A model generated the notes under the pieces. That model was not told the origin of the DNA, made no database searches, and was given only the letters and a program-made list of their open reading frames with translations. Positions 1 to 9,300 of a DNA stretch of 64,000 bases are shown one piece after another. The position numbers were made by a program, and so were the translations under genes. How positions within the stretch are numbered: the stretch's first letter is position 1; each line of letters starts with the position of its first letter. The DNA is from a bacterium (lineage in GTDB: Bacteria > Zhuqueibacterota > Zhuqueibacteria > Residuimicrobiales > Krinioviventaceae). The stretch covers positions 1,536,001 through 1,600,000 of the forward strand of contig CAXXMD010000003.1 in the NCBI GenBank assembly GCA_963675755.2, read 5' to 3'.

Positions 1-1
1 A

Positions 2-3000
2 GAAGATGATTCGGTTATGATTAAAATTTATAATCCGGCACAGTTGCAGATTGTAAGCACTAAAAATCTTGCACCAAATCCGGATAAAAAAGTAAGTCAG
101 GGCCAGACATTCCCGGTTGAAGTCAAGGTGGCAAATTATGGTTCAGAAGCAGCCAAAGAAGTTCGCCTTTCTATGATGACTTCCAGCACGTTACATGCAA
201 CCGTTCAGGAAACTCCATTGTATATTGAACAGGAAATAGCAGGTGGAGATACCGGAACCGTTGTATTTACATTACAGGCTGGTAACAGTACTGCTGCGGG
301 TCTGGTAAATATTTATGCGTCACTGTTTGATGCTAAAGGCAAGAATGATAACCAACAACCGGATTTTCTGGATGGTGGTGATAACGATACAACTTTTGCC
401 GACCTTGAAAAAGGCGCAGAGATGTTGATCTCTAATCTGGTTGCAGATGTAGATAATGGAGAAATCATTGCTAACTATAGCCAGGCGCCCTGGAACCTCT
501 ATGTAGAGTTGTTCAATGATGGAGAAGCAGATGTTCAAATAACTGATCTTGGCAGCGAGAATATAACCTTTGTTGTTGACGGTCAGGCAGACAATACATA
601 TGATGTTCGTCCACCGGTAAAATTACGCAGTTCTGGTGATTTAATTTTACGCGCCGGACAAACAGATACATTGGCCTTCAGTATAGCTGAAAATGGTGAA
701 ATTGCCGGTAACGCGGTAATCAAAGTCAACATTCATGGTGAAGACATGAATGTGGGTTCAGCTAGTGATCTGCTGGCTATAGATTCTACAAATGTCTATG
801 TTATTTCTGAAGCGGTTGTGCAAATTGTTGAAACTACAATTAACAGCAATGAGCACGATGATGAAGAAAAAGGTCTTGTTAACCGCGGTCAGGAATTTGA
901 GGTTCATGTCCTGGTAAGAGCAGGACAGTTACTTGGCGTTGACTCTGTCAAAGTCATGTTGACAACTGATGGTAATTCCATGCTCGAACCGGACACGGTT
1001 GTTATTGACAGTATTAATCGTGATTCTGAATCTCTGGCAATTTTTACATTGACTGCCGATGATACCTGGTCAGAGCTGGATGGAGAAAAAGAAGAAATTT
1101 TCAGTGCGACAATTCTTTCAGCATTATCCAAAGATACACAGCTTGAAGCGCGTATCCGCAAACCGGACAAGGAAACCGATGCTCTGGCAACCATGCGTAT
1201 TCAACGCCAGGCAAATTTAGCATTGGAACTCTTGTTTGAGAATGAAGGAGACAGTGTATTAACACTTGCTCAGGACTTTAATGTGCTGGCTCGTGTTCGT
1301 AATTTGGGTAGTGCACAGACCGGAAACGGTAGAGTTACATTAACTCCTCCTGAAGGCTACTCTATTAAAATTGCGCAGGATTTATATACTCAAGATCCAA
1401 CACCTTTGGATTTCCAGCTTGAAGATGCAGAAGCCTATACGGATGTTCAATTTGTATTGAAATCACCCGCGGTTACTACTGCGAACCGCAAAATCCGTGG
1501 TGAGATAACTACTATTCCGGTAGATTTGAATACAAATGAACCGGCAATTGTAACAACAAGTGTAGATTCTATCTATGCCAGAACATCAAGTTCGAACCTG
1601 GTAATTGATGCATTTGAAATTTTCAAACCCGTTGGTGCTACCGATGGTATTCTTTCAACTGTACAATCCTTTACCATGCGTGCAATTATCAGTTCTACTA
1701 CAAACCTGCAAAATCGACAGGCACGTCTCGAATTCCCGGATAATTTGCCAGGAGATGTTGAATACAATCTGATTTCAGAACAAACAATTCCATTGGTAAA
1801 CAGTCCGGATACCATTGAGTGGATTTTAACAGCACCGGAAGAAAAATTTGACAACCTTCACAAATTCAGAGTTTATGCAGAAGCTGTTGAAGCGGGAGTA
1901 CCTAAAACCGTTGAAGATAGTTTGACTATAGTTTCTGTTGAAAAACGAGCCAATATAGCCATTGAAGCTTTTGAATCTCAGGATGAGCTTGGGTACAATG
2001 AACCCAGAGAGCGGGAAGCCTATTTTTCTAAAGACCAGGCAAACATAACCCTTCGCGCCAGAATAAAAAATCAGGGTGAAGCAAATGTATATGGCAATGG
2101 TATAATTCGTTTGGATCTGGGTCAAAGTAACCTGACCCTTGCAGCCGGTAACACAACTCCATTGCAAACCACTTTTACCGGAGAAACAGAATCTGTAGAG
2201 TGGATTGTAGACGCGGGTGCAATTGATACAGATGGTAAAGATATTACCGTAGAAATTGTTCAGGCTCCACGTGATACCAATACAAATGAATATGCAAAAA
2301 CCGTTGACGATGCAACGGTTAAAGAAATTCGCGTATTTATTCAAGAGCTTGGTAGAATCAGGATCAATAACAATGTGGCTGAGATCAGTTCTCCTTCCGG
2401 AGCCAAAGATAATACAATCTCTACAGATCAGACATTTTATGTTACAACTGAAGTAAATTCTTACAAAGTTAATCCGGATAAAATTGCGGCAAGGCTTGTT
2501 ACTCCGGCAACCTATAAAGTAACTGATAGGGTTCAAAGTGTTCCAATTGGATTTTATCAAGAGGTCACCTGGGAAATTACAGCCCCGGCTGAACACCATA
2601 TTCTTACTGATGCAAAAGATACGCTTTATGTAGAAGTTACTGCAGAAGATGAAGCATCAGGTGTTGAGCTTGTATGGCGTTCTGACTCTATTTTTGTACA
2701 TGTGGTAGAAAAAACCAAATTCAAAGTAGAACCCAGAATTGTATGGCCCAATGCATGGCCGGATGAACAGCAAGAGGTTGTCTCTACATATCAGGACTTT
2801 GATATTGAAGCTTATATTCGCCATGATGGTGCCCAGTATATGAGACAAGACAGCTTTGTTGTAAAAATTTCTGCTCCGCCGGAGTTTGAAGTCCAGGGCA
2901 ACAAACAACAGGTATACAGATGGGAACAGTTTAATAATCAGGATCACCCAACGTGGAGGGTAACAGCACCACGTACAAAACCGACAAACAGTGAGGCTTC

Positions 3001-4324
3001 TTCCTTTACAATTACTCTGCTTGAAGCCGCACGAGATACCAACTCTTACCAGATGGGTACAGTGCAGGATGATTCTGTAAGATTTTCCATATTTGTTGTA
3101 GAACGGGCACTGGTAAATTTTGACACCTATCTGTTAGGTCAACAGACTCAGGATACATCCAGTGTACGTATTGGAAGTAATTTTAAAGCGGTTTGTAAAG
3201 TTACAAACCTGGGTGCTGCCAAAATGGTTGGAGCTTTTTCAGTCAAGATCAATCTGCCTTCCGGTTATACGTCTGCGGATACTTTAAAACAGGCGTTGAT
3301 TCAGGATGGGTTTGAAGATTCTTTAACCTGGAACATAAAGGCGCCAAACAGTGTAACAAGCGGATTGTCAACGATATCCTTTACCCTGGTTGATCCGCCA
3401 AACGATCAATATACACATGCAAATGCATCAACATATAATACATCGGATATTGTCAAGGTCAAGCTTGAAACCGGTAAACTGATAGCCCAGTCTTACAAAA
3501 TCCGGGAAAAAACTGCAGTAATTAAGGGTGGAACAGATGTTCCTATGATGGGCCTGGTATTTAGAAATAAAGATATTTCCAGCCAGGTTAACACCTATCT
3601 CAATAAACTCTTTTTTACATTCAAAAATAGAGAAGGTGAAGCCATTTCTGCATCGTCTGTTGTCAAGCGAGTGGTTGCGTATCAAAAGCCAGCTGATCCC
3701 AAAGCTGGTTACACGATCAAGCTTGCTGAAACCATAGACTTTACGGATACAGATAAACCGGGACAGGTCATGCTTGATCTGCGTGATATTCGGATTGATA
3801 CAATCCAGAGCGCTGAACAGGATACTGTAGATATCCTTGTGGATATCCTCAGTACAGATGTTGAAGATTTTAGAATGACCATGTCAGATTCTTTGCCCAT
3901 TATTGCATTAGATGATAACAACCAGCAGGTTGAACTGGCAGACATTGATGGTAACCCGATATCTTATTTGCTGATGGAATCGGATCTGGCGGTTATTGTT
4001 GATGCCGTAACCAAAGAGTCATTTTACAATTATCCAAACCCGTTTGGTCGTTCAGATCGCCCATCTACAAAGTTCATTTATTATCTTGAAGACCAGATGG
4101 ATGTAACTTTGCAAATCTTTACCATGACCGGTGATCTGGTTATCAAAAAAGAATACCTGATGACAAATGGTGACGTTCAATGTGAGTCCGGCTTGCATCA
4201 GGGAGATATTGAATGGGACGGAAGAAATGGTAAAGGTCATTTGGTATTGAACGGTGTTTATTTCGCGTATTTGTCCACCTCGGATGGCAAGGTTGCCAAT
4301 ACCAAGGTGGTTGTAGTAAAATAA
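2..4324 (+). CDS. Very large secreted/surface protein with tandem Ig-like (CARDB-like) repeats and C-terminal FlgD/T9SS-type sorting domain; 5' end lies outside the window
   Basis: Frame is open from base 2. Recurrent motifs Q.F.V...V.N.G, W...AP and P.D.NT. C-terminus FYNYPNPF...IFTMTGDLV...WDGRNGKG..V.NGVYF...KVVVVK. Confidence 0.8.
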   Translation, partial: EDDSVMIKIYNPAQLQIVSTKNLAPNPDKKVSQGQTFPVEVKVANYGSEAAKEVRLSMMTSSTLHATVQETPLYIEQEIAGGDTGTVVFTLQAGNSTAAGLVNIYASLFDAKGKNDNQQPDFLDGGDNDTTFADLEKGAEMLISNLVADVDNGEIIANYSQAPWNLYVELFNDGEADVQITDLGSENITFVVDGQADNTYDVRPPVKLRSSGDLILRAGQTDTLAFSIAENGEIAGNAVIKVNIHGEDMNVGSASDLLAIDSTNVYVISEAVVQIVETTINSNEHDDEEKGLVNRGQEFEVHVLVRAGQLLGVDSVKVMLTTDGNSMLEPDTVVIDSINRDSESLAIFTLTADDTWSELDGEKEEIFSATILSALSKDTQLEARIRKPDKETDALATMRIQRQANLALELLFENEGDSVLTLAQDFNVLARVRNLGSAQTGNGRVTLTPPEGYSIKIAQDLYTQDPTPLDFQLEDAEAYTDVQFVLKSPAVTTANRKIRGEITTIPVDLNTNEPAIVTTSVDSIYARTSSSNLVIDAFEIFKPVGATDGILSTVQSFTMRAIISSTTNLQNRQARLEFPDNLPGDVEYNLISEQTIPLVNSPDTIEWILTAPEEKFDNLHKFRVYAEAVEAGVPKTVEDSLTIVSVEKRANIAIEAFESQDELGYNEPREREAYFSKDQANITLRARIKNQGEANVYGNGIIRLDLGQSNLTLAAGNTTPLQTTFTGETESVEWIVDAGAIDTDGKDITVEIVQAPRDTNTNEYAKTVDDATVKEIRVFIQELGRIRINNNVAEISSPSGAKDNTISTDQTFYVTTEVNSYKVNPDKIAARLVTPATYKVTDRVQSVPIGFYQEVTWEITAPAEHHILTDAKDTLYVEVTAEDEASGVELVWRSDSIFVHVVEKTKFKVEPRIVWPNAWPDEQQEVVSTYQDFDIEAYIRHDGAQYMRQDSFVVKISAPPEFEVQGNKQQVYRWEQFNNQDHPTWRVTAPRTKPTNSEASSFTITLLEAARDTNSYQMGTVQDDSVRFSIFVVERALVNFDTYLLGQQTQDTSSVRIGSNFKAVCKVTNLGAAKMVGAFSVKINLPSGYTSADTLKQALIQDGFEDSLTWNIKAPNSVTSGLSTISFTLVDPPNDQYTHANASTYNTSDIVKVKLETGKLIAQSYKIREKTAVIKGGTDVPMMGLVFRNKDISSQVNTYLNKLFFTFKNREGEAISASSVVKRVVAYQKPADPKAGYTIKLAETIDFTDTDKPGQVMLDLRDIRIDTIQSAEQDTVDILVDILSTDVEDFRMTMSDSLPIIALDDNNQQVELADIDGNPISYLLMESDLAVIVDAVTKESFYNYPNPFGRSDRPSTKFIYYLEDQMDVTLQIFTMTGDLVIKKEYLMTNGDVQCESGLHQGDIEWDGRNGKGHLVLNGVYFAYLSTSDGKVANTKVVVVK

Positions 4325-4368
4325 AAAAACCTAATTGATTGTGAATAATAAAAAAAGAGTGGCATACT

Positions 4369-6348
4369 GTGAATAGATTATTAAAAATTTCGGTCGTGGC
4401 GGTATTTATATTGTCTCTGGTGACCGTAGGTTTTGCACAATATGAATCTGCAAATGGCCAATGGGGTGGTTTAACGGATGTTTTCGATTATCCCGTTGGC
4501 GCCCGTGCCATGGCAATGGGTGGTGCATATGTGTCTGCTGTAGATGATCCGTATGCGCTTTACTGGAACCCTGCAGCCCTGCAGCGAGTGGACAGAATTG
4601 GATTTGGATTTTTCAATACCAATCTGCCAATGAGTACGAGCTATAATTATTTTTCATTTTCCTACCCTACACTTACGTTCGGAACATTTTCGGCAGGTGT
4701 GTTGAGAATAGGAACCGGTGATATTTTAAACACGGATGATTATGGTTCAAAGCTTGGGACCCGGGATTTCAGTAAAAGCCTGTTCATGTTCGGTTATGGT
4801 TTTAAAGCTACCAACTGGTTTTATATGGGTACCAATTTTAAAGTAGAACGGACCAGCTTGCCGGGATACGATGGCGAAAGCAATTACTCTGAATCCGGGT
4901 TGGGTGCAGATTTTGGTATGTTGATTGACCCTGGCAAAACCAGTGGTTTTTTAAAAGATTTCTCTATGGGTTTGAGTATTCAAAACTTTTTGCAGCGCAC
5001 ACAACGTGTTGTTGAAACTCAGGATAAAACCCCGCGCAACTTTTTGTTTGGAATGTCTAAAGGGGTGGGTCAGGACTTTTTGAACCATCACGCGTTATTC
5101 GCATTTCAGATGGATATTAACAGCGCTCAGGATGTACCGGTATTCTATCATATGGGTATGGAATATGATTTTAGAAAAACTTTGTTCCTGAGACTGGGTT
5201 TTGATGGGCGTGGAGAACAGGCTGATGGTGTTTCTTCATGGAAGACAACATGGGGTATGGGTGTTAATATGTATGGAGTCCAGTTGGATTATTCTTACTG
5301 GAGCCCCCGTTATGATGTCTTGAGCAGCAGCCACCGAATTTCTTTGGTTTACAGCATTGGTAAAACACGCAAGCAGCGTCTCGACGAGATCCACCTGAAT
5401 GAGCTATCACGATTCCAGGAAGAAGTTGAAAGACAAAAGAAATATGATCAGCGTACTGCATATTTGAGCGGACTTGAACAAGCGCGTATCAATTTTAAAA
5501 GTGGTGATTTGTATGCGGCACTTGCAAATGTAAACCGTATTTTAGCTATGGATTCTTCAGGTAAAGATCCTGCTTTTAGTGAAGCAAGACAATTGATGAA
5601 TGAGATCAATGCGTCAATAGAGCTCAAACGTGAAGAAGAGCGCAGCCAGAGAGAGGCGAAAACCCGCGCTGAAATTGAATTGCAGCAACGTGAGCAGTTG
5701 ATTGATGATCACTATAACAAAGCTACCGCTTATTTTGAAACACAGGATTTCAGAGAAGCACTTACCGAATGTGATCGCGCACTTGAACTTGATCCAAACA
5801 GCGAGCATATTAAAGGCCTGCGTGAAGTTATTGTAGAAAATCTCAAAGGCGAAATTACCAAACTCTTGAATGAAGCGAGACGTCAGAGATTGAATGGTAA
5901 GCCATATGATGCAATCCAGTTTTATAACAAGGCATTGGAATTGGCCAAAGGTGATACAGAAGTAACCCAGGCAATTCTTAATGCCCGTAGACAACTGGAG
6001 AACAAGCTGAACCGTGACGATACTATTCGTCGCGCAAACCAGTATGAACTTGAGCAGAATTATGCCAGTGCAGCCGACTTGTATAAAGAATTGTTGAAAT
6101 CTGAACCCAATAATACGGCAATTCAAAAGAAATACAATGAAATGTACGCTCGCGCAAATGCAAAAACCAAACTGTTGACAGGCAGGGCAAAACAATTCTT
6201 TGAAAAAGGTTTAGCAGCATTTACCCAGGGTCGGTACGAAGAAGCACTGCAAAATTATGAAAGTGCACGCGAGCTTGATCCGTTGAATCTTAATGTATTA
6301 AAGGCAATTGATTTATGTCGGGCAAGATTAAGAGCCCAATCAAAATAA
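4369..6348 (+). CDS. PorV/PorQ-family outer-membrane barrel fused to C-terminal TPR repeats
   Basis: Signal peptide; GARAMAMGGAY...DPYALYWNPAAL motif; barrel ends DYSY...SHRISL; several TPRs follow (ALELDPNS, ARELDPLN). Confidence 0.8.
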   Translation: MNRLLKISVVAVFILSLVTVGFAQYESANGQWGGLTDVFDYPVGARAMAMGGAYVSAVDDPYALYWNPAALQRVDRIGFGFFNTNLPMSTSYNYFSFSYPTLTFGTFSAGVLRIGTGDILNTDDYGSKLGTRDFSKSLFMFGYGFKATNWFYMGTNFKVERTSLPGYDGESNYSESGLGADFGMLIDPGKTSGFLKDFSMGLSIQNFLQRTQRVVETQDKTPRNFLFGMSKGVGQDFLNHHALFAFQMDINSAQDVPVFYHMGMEYDFRKTLFLRLGFDGRGEQADGVSSWKTTWGMGVNMYGVQLDYSYWSPRYDVLSSSHRISLVYSIGKTRKQRLDEIHLNELSRFQEEVERQKKYDQRTAYLSGLEQARINFKSGDLYAALANVNRILAMDSSGKDPAFSEARQLMNEINASIELKREEERSQREAKTRAEIELQQREQLIDDHYNKATAYFETQDFREALTECDRALELDPNSEHIKGLREVIVENLKGEITKLLNEARRQRLNGKPYDAIQFYNKALELAKGDTEVTQAILNARRQLENKLNRDDTIRRANQYELEQNYASAADLYKELLKSEPNNTAIQKKYNEMYARANAKTKLLTGRAKQFFEKGLAAFTQGRYEEALQNYESARELDPLNLNVLKAIDLCRARLRAQSK

Positions 6349-6363
6349 AAAAGGTGTTGATCA

Positions 6364-9300
6364 TTGGCAAAAACATCAGAAAATGAACAATTAAAAATAC
6401 AGGCAAATGTAGACCATCTGGGTGAATTACGTGAATTTGTGACCCGTATCGGGAAAAAGTATGGCTATTCCGAGCGGGTCGTAAACGCGTTTAAATTGTC
6501 CATTGATGAAGCAGCAACCAATATCATCAAACACGCTTATAAAGAATGGGATGGTGATATTACCATTCGGGCAGTCAAGCGCAAAAGCAGTCTTACATTT
6601 GTACTTATTGATAATGGAAAATATTTTGATCCCCGTCAGTTCAAAGACCCTGATCTGCAAAAGTATGTAGATATTGGTAAAAAGGGTGGCCTCGGTATTT
6701 TTATGATGCGCCGTCTTTTGGACCGAATCGACTATAAAAAAACAGAAGAGGGAAATGAACTCTGGCTTACCAAAAACAAACAGGAAAAGCCCGGTCGTCC
6801 CAAGATTACGGTTTCTCCTATTCCTCTGGGTTTAAAGGCACGCTATTGGTTGTTTTCCATGGCAGCGTTTACGATTGTTTTGGTGCTGGTCTATTTGTTT
6901 TTTTTTATGGATCAGAATCAAGTTGTTCTGTCACGTTATATTGAAAAAGCCCGCGAAGCCTGCTCTATTGTGGGCAGCGATATTTCCGAAAATCTAATCC
7001 CCGATAATGATTTAATTACTGATGAAATTATTGATGATTTGGTTAAAAATGGTAGTATGGATCCCATCATACTTGATTACACCAACACCTCCATCAAGAA
7101 CTTGCTCAATACGGAATATAGTGATATTCTGCTGAATGCTTTTGTTGTTGATAATATACAAAATATATTATCAACCGCGGAATTTGATTCTGTGTATTTT
7201 CGCATATTGAGTCGTTTTGATATACCTGGTGAGAATAAAAAGCTTGAAGAAAATGTATACGAATATCGTTTACCCTCTGGCGAAAAAGTAGTTGATTATA
7301 CCTGGCAGGTCAGAAACGCAGAAGACAGGACCCTGTGTACTTTACATTTTTTGATTGATTATCAGACCATTCAAAAGGAGATTAATGCAGCCCGGTTCAG
7401 CTATTTAAATCTGGTCTTGTTAGTTTGGGTTATTGGCGCGGCTGGTCTCTTTTTATTGATTTATTTGGTTATGACCCCCCTGAAACGTTTACAGGACTGG
7501 GTAAAAACCATGAATCAGCCGGGAGATCTAGAAGATTTAGAAATCGATACGTCAACAGAAGTAGGCGAAATTGCCAAAGCTTTTAGTGATATTACACTGA
7601 AACTTCGAGATTCTCAGGCAAACCTTGCCGAGCAGGAACGCTTGCAAAAAGAAATGCAGGTTGCTCAGGAAATTCAGCAAACGCTGCTGCCTTCTGAATT
7701 CCCGGATCTTGAGGGATATGATTTAGCTTCCTTTTATGCTGCGGCCAAAGAGGTGGGTGGTGACTATTATGATTTTGTTGAAGTAGATCAGGATACCCTG
7801 GGAATTGTTGTTGCTGACGTATCGGGTAAAGGTGTGCCGGGATCACTTGTTATGACCATGATCCGTACCGCATTACGAACCGAAGCCCGCGGTGTTAAAG
7901 ACGCCGCAGAAGTACTGACCCGTGTAAATGATTTTGTAGTAAATGACATGAAAAAAGGCATGTTTGTGACCTTGTTTTATGTCATTGTAGATTCCAAAAA
8001 ACGACGTATCAATTATGCCAGTGCGGGACATAATCCCATGATTTTGTACCGTGCGTCCCAAAAGAAAACCTATTATCTGAATCCCAAAGGGTTTCCTATT
8101 GGTATCTCTTTGCCGGATAAAGATCTGTTTAAAAATTCACTCGAGTCAGATTCCATTGCCCTGACAGAAGATGATATTCTTATAGTTTATACAGATGGTG
8201 TTACCGAGGCCATGAACACCAAGCGGGATTTGTTTGGTGAAGAACGGTTCCTCAAGGTTATTCAAAATAATGGCGAGTCAACAGCTGATGAATTTGTAGA
8301 AAATTTGAAATCAGAAATTATGTCATTTACGGAAGGTAGTCCGCAAAATGATGATATTACTCTGGTAGCAATCAAAGAACAAACATCGGCGGAAAAACTG
8401 GAGCTTAAACGCGCCAAAGATGCATATCTGGCTATTCAGAATGGCAAATCCGTAAAACAGGCCTGTAAAGAAGCCGGTATCTCTACCTATTCTTATTACA
8501 ATAAATACAAAACAAGATTTGAAGAAAATGAACTGGACGATGTTTTAGCTGACGAGCCTACTGAAGAATTTGAAGTTAAACAACTCAGTATTGAAGAGAA
8601 AACCAAGATTTATGATGTAATTAAAAGATTCCCTGAATTTGGCGCCAAGCGTATTAGTGAGGAATTGAATTCGGAACATTATGAAAATACGGTTATTAGT
8701 CCTGCAAAAATTTATGATGAACTGGTTAGTTCACGATTAAATACAAAAAAGCTGCGTGAGGGTTTTATTGCACGTGGAAATCGTAAAAAAAGAATGAAAC
8801 CCCCCGGTACACCCATGTTGACAATAGATGGAAAAATCATTGTCAATAAACCCAAGCCCGAACCGCGATTTGAACTGCCTGAACCGGTTGAAACTGAAAA
8901 ACATCAGGAGGTGATAACCACTGGTGATATATTCAATGATGAAAAACCACCGGAAGAAGAAATTCCTCAAAATCAGGAACAAGAGACTGAAACTATAGAT
9001 TCAAAGGAAGATCAGGAAACGATTTCTACTGTAGAAGAAACTCATGAGCCCATTCAAATTGAAGAAATGTCATCAGAGGATGTGCTAACGTTTGAAGATC
9101 TAACCGATTTTAGTTTTGATGTAAATGAAACGTTTGATGAAATAGAGTCTGAATTATCTGAAGCAGTCGACATTTCAGAGACGGTTGCTCAGGAAGACAC
9201 AGAATCTTTGGATGATTCATCTGCAAAAAGTAGCGAGGAAAACGATGTATTAAACTTGGTGTCTGATGAACAATTTGATGAGACACAAGAAGTAGATACA

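Noticed and set aside
1826-2599. 257-aa minus-strand ORF and similar shadow ORFs throughout the window
   Set aside because: Fully antisense to long motif-bearing genes; composition typical of reverse-frame translation.
8407-8766. Inserted IS481/IS3 element inside the Rsb gene
   Set aside because: The segment is in frame, with no DDE domain, terminal IRs or target duplication; treated as a domesticated domain instead.
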